From Lama glama (taxonomy: Eukaryota), in NCBI GenBank assembly GCA_028534125.1, contig CM052816.1:7504001-7568000 (forward strand): 64,000 nucleotides of DNA, in the 5' to 3' direction. This document shows positions 37,901 through 51,900 of the stretch, piece by piece; position 1 is the first letter of the stretch; each line of letters opens with the position of its first letter. Under the pieces are notes generated by a model. That model was not told the DNA's origin. It made no database searches and saw only the letters and a list, made by a program, of their open reading frames with translations. The position numbers and the translations under genes are program-made.

Positions 37901-40900
37901 CCTGGTGTTAACACCTGGACCCCCAGTCCCCAGGGCTTCCACTCTGGCCACAGCACTCAGCCCTGAGCAGGGCATCTGAGAACCTGGCTCAGCACTGCTC
38001 CTGCTGGGCCTCAGGCAACAGGTTCTCACCTGTCAGTCTCTCAGTAGCCCTTCAGGAACACGTCCAGGTGGCAGGCCAGGTGAGAGAGAGGTAGAGATGC
38101 AGAAGTAAACGGCATGGAAGAGCCTGGCATGGGCATGACTAATTCTGAACAAAACCATAGACCCTAAGGGCATGGCCTTTAAAACTGGTTTCACAGACTC
38201 ATTTATGAACTCAGCTCACCAGACTCTGGGCCAGGTGCCACTTCAGTCCTGGCTCCACTGTGGATCCATTAAGTGACCATGGAAGGGACTTGGCTTTTCC
38301 GGGCATCAGTTTCCAAATCTATAAAATAGGTGTGATGTTAGCTCCTGGGCCACAGGGTGGTTCTAAGATGAGACGAAAGAATGCATGTAACAGAATCCCT
38401 GATCCACTGGCTGGCAAGTGGCACACACTTGATAAGAAGGCATGTGGGGGAGGATATCACAGCCTGGATTGTACCCCAGGAAAGCAAACAGGGATGCAGG
38501 GGACAGGGGGCATTCATGTCCTTGGAATGCTGTCAGGGTTGCGAAGATGAAGCCTGGAGCCTGGCCACTGCTTTTGACCTTCTGAAGTGTTGTCAAGCAG
38601 CATGGGTGTGGGGAGCAGCCTTGTCCTCTGTTGTTCCAGAAAGCAGAAGTGTGGCCAGTGAAGGGACACTAAGGGAGCCAGAGCCTACTTCTCATGAGGA
38701 AGAAGGGTTGTGAGTCCCCATCCTGGAGGAGTTCAAGCAGAGGTCAGGTGAGATTTTGGCAAAAATAGAAGAGGAGGGGGTGCAGGCCTAGGACTAGCCA
38801 ATATTTAGGATCCCAATTAAACCATCTAATTATTCTGATTATTACAGTGTTGGAGGCAAAAATCTCAAAATTTGGAAAAGTATAAAGAATTTAAAAATGA
38901 CTTTTAATCCCATCATGAATGTGCATATACATTCCAGTGTACATTTCAGTGTCATTCCTTCTATTCTTTGTCTGTATATGTGAGTGTAACTGTTTGTACA
39001 GAAGTGGGAATATATTCTAAGTGGTTATATTCTAGTTACTTAATATTTTGCTGGGAGCGTTCTCCCGAGTTGGGTAATGCCCGGAAATGTGATTTTTAAT
39101 GGCCACTTAGTGTTCTGTGGACTTTCTGTGACTCACTTAACCAGGCTGGGTACGACTGATTATGCTCCCCACGCCTACCCTTGTTATTCTGGAAAACCCT
39201 GTGTTTTCATCCTTACCCAGAGAGCGCGTGCCTTAGAGTCCAGAGGGGACCGGAGGGTGGAAGGAAGGCCTTCAGAGAGAGGTGGCACCTTGGCTGGGTT
39301 TTGAAGGTGGGTAGGGGCCAGGCACTTGTGTCAGGGTGAGTGGGGTACAGGAGGCAGGGCCCCTGACACCCGGTCGGTAGGAGGGAGGTAAATTTGACCT
39401 TTTAACTCACTTTGCCGAGGTGGAGACAGAGGGACTGTGAAAAGAGGCTGCCTTTCTTGGGCACCGAGCCCTCCGTCCCAAACATCGTGGGGACATTGGT
39501 GCGTATATGGCCTCTGAGCCCGCCCCTCACCAAAAAAATCATCCCAGTTAAAGCCAACACAGGGGGCCATACATAGGCCCTCTGAAAACCTCGTGAGGTT
39601 GAGCGCCAGATTTCTATGGTATAAAGGGACATCTGTGCCCTGTGACCTAAAACCCATCAGAAGAATTTTTAACAATCCTTGCCTTGGAGACACAACCCTT
39701 GGTAGCACATTTTCTGCACATGTGTAAGTCTTTAATTCTGTTCCTTTGTAGTGGAATGCCCAGGTGAGTCGCGGAGGTCCCCCAGCCACCTCAGGATGGC
39801 CTTCGTTGCCTCAACTGGGTCTTGAGTTTGGGGCCCATCTTCACATCAGCACTTGTATTTTTTTTTTTTTTTTGGTTAGAAAAAGGGCCAGAAAGGATAA
39901 AACTTCAAATTAGTGGTCCACAAGCAGGCTGCTGAGTAAGTCAAGATGGTGACACTCCTGGTAGGGAGGGCTGCCACCTGACAGCTCAGCGTTGATAGGT
40001 TGGCTAGTAAGCAAAAGTCTGATATCTGCCTGAAAAAGAGCTCCAAGGGGCCTCAGGGTAAAATTCATGAACATTCATGTTCAAAACATAAACTTGGAAA
40101 AAGTAGGGTCGCCTCCCATGAAAGGAAGAGTCTAACAGACGGCCGAGTTCTGGCTCTGACATCTCAGGCTGCTCTTGGGTTTCCATCCTCAAGGCCCGTA
40201 CCTTGTCCTCAGTGTCCTCCACCTTCAGAGCCTTGTGAGCCACCCCAGATGGAACAGGACCAGCAAGTGGGGGCAGGGGGAGCTCCTGGGACCCCCCCCC
40301 CCCGCCCCGCGGGCAGAGAGAAGGAGAGAGAGGAAATCCGTCCATCTTGAGCGTAGAGAGGTCTAAATCTATCCATTACCTGGAGACAGGCTTCCCGACT
40401 TCTCTCACCAGGTTGGATCTGAATCCCTAAAAATCCTTTATCTTGTGTCACTTTGTTTTCAAACCTGAACCCTCCAGAACATCTAGGCCAAACGCCTCAC
40501 TATACTGCAAACGCCCATCCCACATCCATGCTCCCCCCCAGATAAGTGTTGTACAAACTGACCTACTTGCAGTTTGCCCTGCTCCCCAGCAGCGAAGTTC
40601 TTCTTCAGAACGTCCAGTGGACCTCGTAGACCTCCTTGTTGTTTCTCCGCTGCCCTGTGCCACCCCATCCCTGCCCTCTCCTTGAGGAGATAGCCCCAAC
40701 AACAGAACAGTCACCTGTAATGGATTGAATAGTGTCCCCCTAAAACTCACGTACACCCACAACCTATGGATATGACTTTGTCTGAAGCAGGGGTTTTGCG
40801 GATGTAATCTGGTCGAGCTGAAGTCATGCTGGAAGACGATGGGCCCTAATCCGATGGTGTGTCCTTGTAAGAGGAGGGGAAGGGGACAGATGCAGAAGGA

Positions 40901-43900
40901 GGAGGCCATGGGATGGCAGAAGCAGAGACTGGAGTGATGGAACTGCAGGCCCAGGAACACCGAGGGTTGCTGGTGGGTGGAACAGAACCCAAAGGACCCG
41001 ACCCAGCTGATACCCTGGTTTTGGATTTCTAGCCTCCGTAACTGTAAGAAAATAATTTTCTGTTGTTGTAAGTCACCAATTTTGTGGTGATTTGTTACAA
41101 CAGTCCTAGGAAATGTATGTTTTAAGCTTAGCGACTCCCCACCCTCTCTGGCTCCTCCCCTACCTTGCCACCGGTTGAAATGGGCCGGAAGAGCTCAGGG
41201 CCTCCCCTGTGGAGCTGGGGCTTGGCAGATGAGTGGGGAGCCCTGCAGACGAGGAGGTGCTGGGACAAGGCCCACATGCTTTGAGACACCAGCTGCCGCA
41301 TCTGCAGAGGAAAGAGCACTGGACCCGGGGGCAAGAGTGGGCCCTGCTCCTGCCTTTTTCACTAACTTGCTGTTTGATCTCAGATTGCTGGTTCTCGCCC
41401 CGGGCCTTGATTTCCCCACCTGTAAAATGCCTGCCTTGGCTGCTTTTAGGTCCCAAGAAAGGTATTTGTTCTTCCCGTTGGTGTTAACTTCTGGGTACAC
41501 AAATCAAATTTGAATACACTGTTGTTTCAAAATGTCCAAGAATTTAGGTAAAATTGAACATTCCCCTCCTTGACCACAACAATTCTAGTCCCTTCTCTAG
41601 AGATGACAACTGACTGCCATCAACGTGTGCTTTTCTAGATAGCTTTTCCTGTGCGTTTATGTACCAACTGAAACAGTTTCTTTTGCATATAGATATTCTA
41701 CCAAATGCCTTTCCACCTGTGTATGTAAATGTCTACTTTGTTATTTTAAACACTGAAGTCGCATTGCCTGTTGTTATGTCCCTTAGTGTATCAAGCCAGT
41801 TCCCTGTTGTGGACATGAAGCTGGTTTCCAGCATTTCCCTGTTCCCAGTGACCCCGCCCTGAGCACCCTGGAGATGCCCACCCCTGTCCTTACTAACGGT
41901 GCCTCTCTCTGCGGGCAGTGCCGTTGTGGGGTAGGGAAGCACATGCTGCGTGTACCTTGGGAGGTGGCTGCTGGGCTCTGTCATTCTCTGCTCCAGGCAG
42001 TCCTTCCCTGCCTTTTACGGCCTCCACACAGGGGCAGCTCAGGAACGGAGGGTGGTACGAAGGGATCAGGACTGCACCCCCCAACACCGACCCCAGCCCC
42101 TCCTGAGCAAGGATCCCTCCTTTCCTGTCCTCCCCAGAAGCCCTCTTCGTGCGGAGCTGACAGCTGAGTGTGTCCAGCCGCCAGCCCTGCCCTGCCTGGA
42201 GCGTGACAGGATTGATAGCAGATGAGGTGTCAGGATGACCTCACTCTGCCCGTTCTTTTGCATTCACAGCATACCAAAACCAGAAGGGCCCTGATGGATC
42301 CCGTTGCCCAACTCCATGCCCTAGAGAGGAGGAAACAGAAGCCCAGAGAGGGGAAGGCACTTCCCCAAAGTCACACAGCAAGCAAGTAGCAAGCCTGAGC
42401 CCCGACTCTGGACTCCCCCTGGGGCTTTTGCCTGGGTTGGGAAGACAGGTGGTTATCTGGTCATGTATCTGTGCCCTTAGCCTATCTCTTCCCTCACCAT
42501 GGTCACTGACACCATTTTCTATTCCATTCCTTCAGAGTCTTTCTGCCTGACAGGCTGACCCAAATGCCGGAAATGGTGCCGAGGGCCTCTGCCACCTCTG
42601 GGCCCTCTAAGGCAGACCCCTTGGGAAGCTGATATGGAGCAGGAGAAGGTGGGCTGTAGGGAGGAAGGAAGGAAATCTGGTACATTGGAAACTCTTTCAC
42701 AGGCTCAGCCTCTCCATCTGTACCCAAGGGGTCGGACCCAGCACTTGAGGCCTTCCCCACTGCCGTGGTCAGGCCCAGCAGGTGCATAGGAAGGAAATTG
42801 GTTCTGTCCTCCGCTGAGATCTTTCATTGAGTGGTCGGATAGGAGAGATGGAGACCACATCCGCCCCTGCCTTGGGGTGCTCTGGGGACATTGCAGGTGT
42901 TCAGGGACTTGGCGGGGCCCCCCTTACACAGCTGAGTGGTGCCGGCTGGCGCGCCTACCTTTCGTTGGGTTACATTGGTGTAACCCCCTGCAGGCACTGG
43001 GTGATGTTGAGGCCACTCTGTAAAATGAACGAGTTGGACTAAATCTTCAGTGTCCTTGGCAGTGTGAAAATGAAATTGAATTGAGCCACTGATTTGGCAG
43101 AATACTCTGCCCATCCTAGAGATGGAGAAGCTGAGGGCTGTGATTATGGTGTTCTTCCATCTGAGCCTCTGTAGTCTGGGTATGAATGCTAGCGTTTCTC
43201 CACGGCCCTGACCATGGAGGCCCTGCCTTTCCTCTCTGTGAGGCCCCGGAGGGCCCCTTGGGCCTCCGCCCCCACCTCCTTCCTGTCTCTACCCTCAGCC
43301 AATGGGCTGTGCCTGTGGTTGTTCGTGTCCCGAAACTGCTGGTGCCGGGGCCCCACCCACGCTGAGTCCAGACACCAGAAGCACAGCTCTGATACTGCAG
43401 AGGGGTGTGACCGCGTCCCTTGAGGCTGCAAATCCTCTAACCATTCCGCCACTTGGATCAATCTGGTGTCCGCACAAAGGAAGCAGAAGGGACTCTAGTC
43501 TCTGCCTTCAATCTGGATTCCCCAGTGGAATCTCTGCTCCCCTGCTCTGTGGCCTCGGACAGGCCCCATCCATCCCACCTCTGGGCCTCGGTTTCTCCAT
43601 CTGGAAGCAGGAGGTGGGAATTAGAATAAACTGTCAGCAGGGGCCCTTCCAACTCTGTCTTCTGGGTCCCAGTAAGTCCCAGTAAACCCTCCTCAGCCAT
43701 GGTGGGTGTGACAGAACTATATGGCCAAGAGAAGCCAAGGCTGTGGTCGATGGGGGCAGTGGAGGGGCTAGGTGAACTCTTAAGGGTCCTTTGGTTACTA
43801 AATATTCAAAGCAAAGCAGGAATAATAAGGATAGAAGTCACACCACTCAGAAATACACAGCGCCCGAAGGCCCATGAAAAGGATGGAGTGATGGTCTCTA

Positions 43901-45927
43901 AAGCGAGGTTAGACCAAGTGTCTTCAGGAAAGGCTGAGCCATCCTCAGGGCTACTCCTGGCTTCCATCCTAGTAGGATTCCCAAGGGGAGGAATAGCTGG
44001 GCAACCTCTATCCAAGTTGCTTCTGCCTTCCTCATTCTTCCCTGGTGAGGCTTGGAACTTGAGGGAAGTCAAGGAGTCGATCCCAGATGCATTAGTATGA
44101 GACTATGAAAATTCACTGCAAAGTACTGCAACTTGAATAATACTCAGCAGAGCCCCCGAAACTGTTAATGTTGGTGGGTTTTACATAGCACCTGCACTAG
44201 CTGAACACTTGATGCTTCCTGGAGGTCTTGCTGAGCATCAAGGATACTTCATAGAGCGACTGACTGTTGGAGTTGAGGGTCCTCTGAGATCATTCAATCC
44301 AACCTGCAAAATGAAGTCTGCCTCTTCTTGCCTGCTACCAGTGATGGAGAGCTCACTACCACCACCCCATCCCACTCTCCAATAAGGCAGCCTGTCTCTG
44401 TTAGGGGCAGTTCTGAAATTCTTTGTTGCCCTGAAAACTTCTTGAGACTTCTAGCCTTTAGCCATCATCCTGCCCTCCAAGACTGTGGACCACACACATG
44501 CACCTTCTACTTCATGGCAGGGATTTGAAGACAGAGCCCAGGTGTGTTTTGTTTTATTTTTTGGCCTGTTCTCAAGGCTGACCAACTGTTGGTGATAGTC
44601 CCTCCTGTAATTTGGTTTGAGTCTCCTACAGCATCCTGTTGGTTCCTTCCAGGTGGCCAGTTTCCCCTCCAACATGCGAGTACAGTCGAAGGGATCTCCC
44701 TGGGACCAGTCTGGGCTTGTCTGCCCTCCCCACAGCTCTGGCTCTGTCCTCCCCTCTGCCGAGACTCTGTCTGCTTTTGGCGGCCCGGTTCTACCAAAGA
44801 CCAGGTTTGCTTCTTCTGGCTGATCTCAGAACAGGGATCTGGTCGGCTTGACAAGGAGCTGGGCCCTAGAACTGTGCATGTTACCAAGATATTGGGGCCC
44901 TGTTTCCGGCCTTCTTAGTTGAAGGGCTGCCCTGGAGTCCAGAAAGACTGAGGAGAATGTCTGTTCTCACCCTGACCCATCAGGGATAGGGAAACTGAGG
45001 TCCAGAGAGGGGCAGGACTGCCCTAAGGTCACACAGTAAAGCTGGAACCTCGGTCTCCCGGCCTCCCCTCCCAGTCCTGGTTCCCCCTCCATGTCCAGGT
45101 TCCCCCTCCATCCGGTGCTGCTAAGCTCCTGCCTCATGGCTTGCTTCTCCCAAGTTTCCGTTGACACAGGAAGCTGCCATCCCTCTTCCAGAGTTCAGTC
45201 CGGATGCCCCTCCCAGCCCAAGGCCTCCCCACTCCACTTTTGGAAGGGGAAATTCTTGTGGCCCCTCCCGGCTCCTGTCCTCTCCCGCTGCAGGTTGGAC
45301 TCTGTGCCATGACCTCTGAGGAGGAAGCAGCCAAGGCCCCAGCACAGGAATTTTCCATACAGTGGTTGCTTATCAATTCCTGCTCAGCTCTGGACTGTGT
45401 GTCCTCAGGCTTTGGTGCGCCTCCAGGTCAGCTGGTTGGATTGGTAGATTGGAGGTTGGCGCTTCCCAGCACACACACACCCGCCTTGGATTCCGGAGCT
45501 CTAGGACTCGGCCTGCGAGCTATGCTAAGTAAGCGCTCCAGGTGGTTCCGACACAGGAGGCCCTATCTTAGGCCAAGAAATACCTAGAAAGACTGTTCTG
45601 GGCATCATCACAGACACTGGGGCAAATCCAAAGTGGATTTCAAAAATAGTCCCTGTCATCAAGGAGCCCCCTTGGAGCAGCAGGAGAAACACAGGTGACC
45701 AGGTCCCTGCTTGCGTAGGTGTCTGAATAGGCCCCAGAGTGTAGAGCTGACAGGAGCCCTGGGACAAGACCAAGCAGAAATCATACATGAGCTGGGCCTG
45801 GAGCCTGAGAAATGTTGACCGAATGCCATGTCGGGGTGCTCTTGAGCTCATGGATGTGCGTGCTGGGGCCAGGAGTCCAGCAGGTTGTTTTGGTTTGGTT
45901 TTGGCCTAGCTAATTTGGCAACATTAA

Positions 45928-45966
<39 letters not shown>

Positions 45967-48900
45967 TAATAATGCTGCCAGTCCAGGTTGGCAAGGTTGC
46001 AGTCAAACTCGCCTTCTTGTGTGCTGTTAGTGGGAGAGTTAATTGGTAGAAACTTTCTAGAGGACAGGGCCAGTAATTTTAAATGTGTAAAAAAAATCTT
46101 GTAAATCAGTATGTTCACTGAAGCATGATTTGAAAATTAAAATGGAAATAACATAAACATTCCACAGTGGATTATTGATTAAGTGGTGAAATTCATCTAA
46201 AATATTTAATGTCATGTAGCATTTGCTCATATTTGAAAAAAGTAAGATATACAGAAGTATATATTATTCCAATAATAAATAAATACATATTAGTCACTAC
46301 TGCTATAATTGGAAAAAGGTGTTTGCAAATATTTAAACTTAAGAAAATGGAGAGGAGGCTGTTAGAGTGAGGACAGACTCTGATGGATCTTGAATGTCAT
46401 TCTGAGGAGTTATCCTGGATAGGGAGTGGGTCTGTCAGGATCTGGAGATTCAAGCCCATGGCCGTGTCCTGCTAAAGGTCTGGAAGCTGTTAGTGGAGAA
46501 GTTTTTCACTTTCTGGGATTGTTAGTTGGGAGAAGTCAATTTCATATGAGTTTTATGATCTTATTTCAGGCAACATGAGGCTGATGGCAGCCTAAGAAGT
46601 CTAGCAAAGCACTGTGGGTCTTTGTTCTTGCCAGATTTTTCAAATACGAAGTAATAAATGTGTGCTACGTTTGAGCCCTAGAGTGTGCCAGACTTTATAG
46701 GTGCCTGATCTCATCGCATCCTTAAAACAGTCTCAGGAGGAAACCAAGGCTCAGGGAGGCCGTGTAGTCACATGGTGGTGGATTTAGGATTTCAATCCAG
46801 ATCTGGGGGATTTTAGAATCCCAAACTTCGTAACCATAGTGTTCCAGTCTCTAACCTGCTGAGTCCTGGTTCTTACACTGATGTTGACATCGAGGCACCA
46901 CGTGACCGTGTCTCACCTCCCCGACCTCCAGTTTCCTCCCTTGTGATAACCCTCACCTCACAGTGTGGCTGAGAGAGGCTGAGATGACAGAGTTTGAATG
47001 CCATGAGCCTTGTTGGGTGAAGCCGAGACCTCCTCGCCTCCACTGCACAAAGGAGGAAGCAGGAGCCCCGAGGAGGGAAGAGGTTTGTCCAAGTTGGTGG
47101 AAAAGCTGTGACTGGAATTCAGAACATCTCACTCCCATAAAAATGTTGCTCAGATGAGTGTAACCAGTGGTGATAGCAGGGACAAGACGACCACTGACGT
47201 TTATCTCCCTCCTTCCTCCCACCCCGAGGGGGAAAGGCTGGCTCCTGTCGCTTCCCAGAGGTCTGTGTTGACAGCTTGCGCCAGGGCCAAGCATCCCCTG
47301 CCCCCCTGGGCAGGAGGGCTGAGGCTTCCCATGGCGGGTGGAGGGAGGGCTCAGTTGTCAGGTGTGCCCGGGGGAGGCGCTGGGCCTCGCTCAGGTCTCC
47401 AGGGTTCGCGCTGCACCGGGCTCTGTGCCGGGCACTTTGAGACAGGAGCACGATGTTCTGGAAGCCTTCCCTTCTCTTCCCTCCTCAGCCAGAAGTGTGC
47501 CTTCCAGCAGCATGTCAGTCGTTCTCGAGTACAGGAAATTGTTCATTTTTATTCTAATAATTACTTAACCTGTTATCATAATAAAAGGTGAAGTTTTTCT
47601 TTTACAGTGATAATTTACAATTGAACACTTTCATAGCCTTTTCATAGGCTGACTTAAGTGCTTTTTAAAAAAAAAATGGGGCCTAGAATACCTTTTTTTT
47701 TTTAAAGAACACTATTTTGAGGTATAATTGACATAAAACATTATACTAGTTTTACACATACAACCTAATGAGTCAATACTTGTGGACATTGTTAAAGTCT
47801 AATTACAATAAGTCTAGTTAATATCTGAGAATGTTTTGAAAAGTATGCAGAACGGCTTAAATATTTTTTTCTACCCTGGATGCTGGTCCAGTGGCCAGTG
47901 CCAGACTTTGGCCAACTTCTCACCTCTCTGGGGTGAAATAAGAAAATTAAAGGTGTGAGTGTGTGTGGAACATCAAGTAAGGATGTCAGTTCCCCTTTCC
48001 TGGAAGAAGCATCTTGAGCTCCCTCAATGTATTTTGGAAGGTTAAGGTGTCTTCTGTTTTATGAAATGTTAGTTAATAGTCTGTAAATAAATTTTTTCAG
48101 CATCCTTGCTTGTCAGCCCATATCAACTCTCCTCTTTAAAAATATTATTTATAAAAACTGAAATGTGGGAGCCACTGACACTGCTTTGGGGAATAGAAGC
48201 CCTTTTGCCTCAGTTCTCTCCTTTGATCAGATTCAACCTACCCTGGCCAAGGATGGTTAAAGCGCCTACTAGGTGTGGCTCAAATATCTGCCAATTGTCC
48301 CCTGATCTTGTTTTTGATTGAACCCTAACCTACCTCATCCTTCTCATCTTTAAATTGGGGGATAATCATATTTCCCAGGGTCCTTCTTTTTTAAAATATA
48401 TTTGTATTATTTGGGAGTGGAGGTTTATGTTTAGAGGAGGTACTGGGGATTGAACTCAGGACCTTGTGCGTGCTAAGCATGTGCTCTACCACTTGAGCTA
48501 TACCCTCCTGCAGGGTCTTTCTGAAGATCAGCTAAGATTGTGTAGATTAGATAGCACAGTGCCTGACACGTCTTCATTATATTATCTCAGCCCCATCTGT
48601 CACGGTAAGTACTACTGCCTCCTTGTAGGTGAGGGACAGCGCCTCGCAGCAGGNNNNNNNNNNNNNNNNNNNNNNNNNNNNNNNNNNNNNNNNNNNNNNN
48701 NNNNNNNNNNNNNNNNNNNNNNNNNNNNNNNNNNNNNNNNNNNNNNNNNNNNNNNNNNNNNNNNNNNNNNNNNNNNNNNNNNNNNNNNNNNNNNNNNNNN
48801 NNNNNNNNNNNNNNNNNNNNNNNNNNNNNNNNNNNNNNNNNNNNNNNNNNNNNNNNNNNNNNNNNNNNNNNNNNNNNNNNNNNNNNNNNNNNNNNNNNNN

Positions 48901-51900
48901 NNNNNNNNNNNNNNNNNNNNNNNNNNNNNNNNNNNNNNNNNNNNNNNNNNNNNNNNNNNNNNNNNNNNNNNNNNNNNNNNNNNNNNNNNNNNNNNNNNNN
49001 NNNNNNNNNNNNNNNNNNNNNNNNNNNNNNNNNNNNNNNNNNNNNNNNNNNNNNNNNNNNNNNNNNNNNNNNNNNNNNNNNNNNNNNNNNNNNNNNNNNN
49101 NNNNNNNNNNNNNNNNNNNNNNNNNNNNNNNNNNNNNNNNNNNNNNNNNNNNNGCACTGGGCTGTGGTGAGGATGAAGACACTTGGAACAGAGCCAGGCA
49201 TGTCCCTGAGCATGGTAAGCACTCAGTATTCCTCACCTGTGGCTATGATTTTGATTGCCATTGTTTTCTGATAAAATCATCTCAACAGCCCCATGAGGTA
49301 GGTGTTATTATCCTCCCGATTTCACATATTGGGTAACTGAGGCACAGAGAGGATGGGTCCCTGCCTAGGTCAGACCCAGAGCCTGTTGGACTCAGAGTGG
49401 CATCACCCAGCCTATTTTGGAGTTTCCCTAAACAGGGGCTAGACTTCATGCCTGCCCCTCCTCCCCACTCACAGCAGCCCCTCTGCCTTCAGCTGGAGGG
49501 ATGCTAATGGTGAGGGATCACACACTCAGACACAGGACCCAGCAGGTAAAGGACATGACGAAATGGCCCCTAACCATATCCTCTGTACGGAGAGATGAGA
49601 ACTGGCAAACAGCAGAGCCACGACCTGGATGGATGGGAGACACTGCTCCTCAGCTCAGCTCCTGGTTGACACTAAGGCACAGACTGCCATTTCTTTGACT
49701 TCTTCAAGAAAAGTTTGGGGGAGGGTAGGACAACTCAGTGGTAGAGTGCGTGCTTAGCATGCATGCAGTCCTGGGTTCAATCCCCAGTCCCTCCGTTCAA
49801 AATAATAAAATTAAAATTTGAAAAAAGAGAAAAGTTGGAAATCAATGTATTAAGTAAAAGCTGTCCAAGTTATTAAGGTCACAACTTTTTTTTTTTTTTG
49901 ATTTAGATACTGGGTAGAGCAGACAGACCTTTATGGGCCAAATCTGTCCTGTGAGCTACCTGCTCTGCTGTAGATCCGGGGGCACAGTGAGACCACTGGC
50001 CCCTGCACTTCATGAAGGAGGGTCTCCAAAGCCAGGGAGATTTAAGGGGCTGCCTCTGGAGGCTGCCCTAACTGAAACCATGCTCCAGCTGGAGACCAGA
50101 CCCCCCACTGCTTAGCTCCAGCCTCCCACACCCTTTTTGCTGGGCCGTGACCCAACCTCCGCTCTGTGATTGCTTTTCTCTTTCTCCCCTGTAGCCACCA
50201 CTGTCCATCTCTGTGCATCTGAGGAAGTTGAGCAGCACCAGAAGGCTATAACCAGAATTCTCCAGCAACACGAAGAGGACAGGAAGAAATGGGCGCAGCA
50301 GGTAAGTCCCAGCCCCTCTCTTTCCTCCTGCTTAGTTAACCTTGTTAAATCCCAGACCCAGGGCCAACTTTCGGTTTTATTGTTGTTGTAAATATCTGTC
50401 GACTCCCTTTGCCAAGAAAGGGGCCCTTTATCTATTAAGCAAATACTTGAAACTGCTGGCATGTGATTCATTATATTCATTCCAGGCAATAAAATGTGGG
50501 GAAACAGTAACACAGCAGAAGGGCCTCCAGCCGGGAGTGGCATCAGGATTGAAAGATTCTGAAATCCTTTTCTACCTGATAATTCTCTGGGAACCTCCCC
50601 CTAAGCCCTAAAGAGGGCCAAGTTGGCCACACCTGCTGTGTCTTGGAGGCCTTGTGCCCTCTCTGGGCCCATGTCATTCTCATCACTCAGATAAGTGGGT
50701 GGGACTCTGATCACCAACGTCTGCAAAGCTCCAAGGGTCAGTGAGCGGACAAGAGAGGCTGCCCTGAACCTACTCAATCTCATCCCGCCTGGGACCCTCC
50801 GCCCCCAGGTGGAGAAGGAGAGGGAGCTAGAGCTTGGAGAAAAACTGGATGAGCAGCGAAGAGTCCTGGAGGAAGAGCATAAGGAGGCCCTGCGAGGTAA
50901 GGACGAGGTGCACCAGGGAGGGAGTGGAACAGGCTCTTTCTGTTCCACCTGCTGAGTTCACTCGGGGACGCCCACGGGCCCCTCCCTCCCACCTCAGGTC
51001 CACGCGCACTTGGTCACTCAGGGCTGGAGTCTGCAGGTCCTTGGATTTGTCCTTTCAGGCGTAAAATCTGACCCCACGCTTTGTTTTGTCTTAGTTGAGA
51101 GCTACTTTTTTCTTTACATTTTAAAAGCAGTTTGTATCCATTATAGGAAATTTGGAAAACCTAGACAAATAGGAGAAGTTTTAAATGTCTGTTTTGTTTT
51201 CCTTTCCGACTGTGATGACATCTCTTAGAATTTATGGTCAGGTTGATTTTTTTTTTTAAATAAGTTTCTTTCCTTTTAAAAGAGAATTTAGAATGTATGG
51301 ATTAAACAGAAAGATCTTATAGCACAGTGTTGGATCTTGACTCTGCAGCCACAGTCCCTGGATTTGAATCCCAGCTCCACCAGGTACCAGCTATGTAAGC
51401 TTGAAGAAGTTAGTTACCCCTTGTTCATAGGGTCTTTATGAGAATTAAATGATTTAATTTAATGGATAGAATCTAGAACAGTCCCTGATATTTCACAAGA
51501 TACTTAGCAAGTAATTATTAGCACTTATTATTTTATTACTGAGAAAATTAAAATTGTGTGTAATTCCACCCAGAACTAGTCACTGTTACCCCTTTGATAC
51601 AGGTCCCTGTCATTTCTTTTTTGTGTGCATACCTAGGATAGACGTCTATACACACCCACACACACTCTGAGGGGAGGAGATAAATTGATTTTTCCCTTTG
51701 AATTGTATTAACATCTTGTCATTGAACTCCTGTAGCACAGGTTTAGTAACAATGTGGCATTCCACTGGGTACCTTGTTCATTTAATTGAGCCCCTTTGGT
51801 TAGGCATTTCAGTAATTTCAGATTTTTGCTCTTGTTTATAACAGCAATGATACGTACACAGTGAACCTCAGTTTGTACAATCTGTGCCATATTCATGATT

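Noticed and set aside
47229..47256. Minus-strand peptide KRQEPAFPPR resembling the start of CCDC69 exon 2
   Set aside because: Wrong strand within the same contig as exon 1, only about 5 residues match, and there are no suitable splice sites.
35000..48000. Scattered single transcription-factor motifs (AP-1, E-box) in CCDC69 intron 1
   Set aside because: Short motifs at about chance frequency, with no clustering I could support.
48466..49336. Long ORFs of 181-235 aa
   Set aside because: Artefacts of translating through the 500-N gap.
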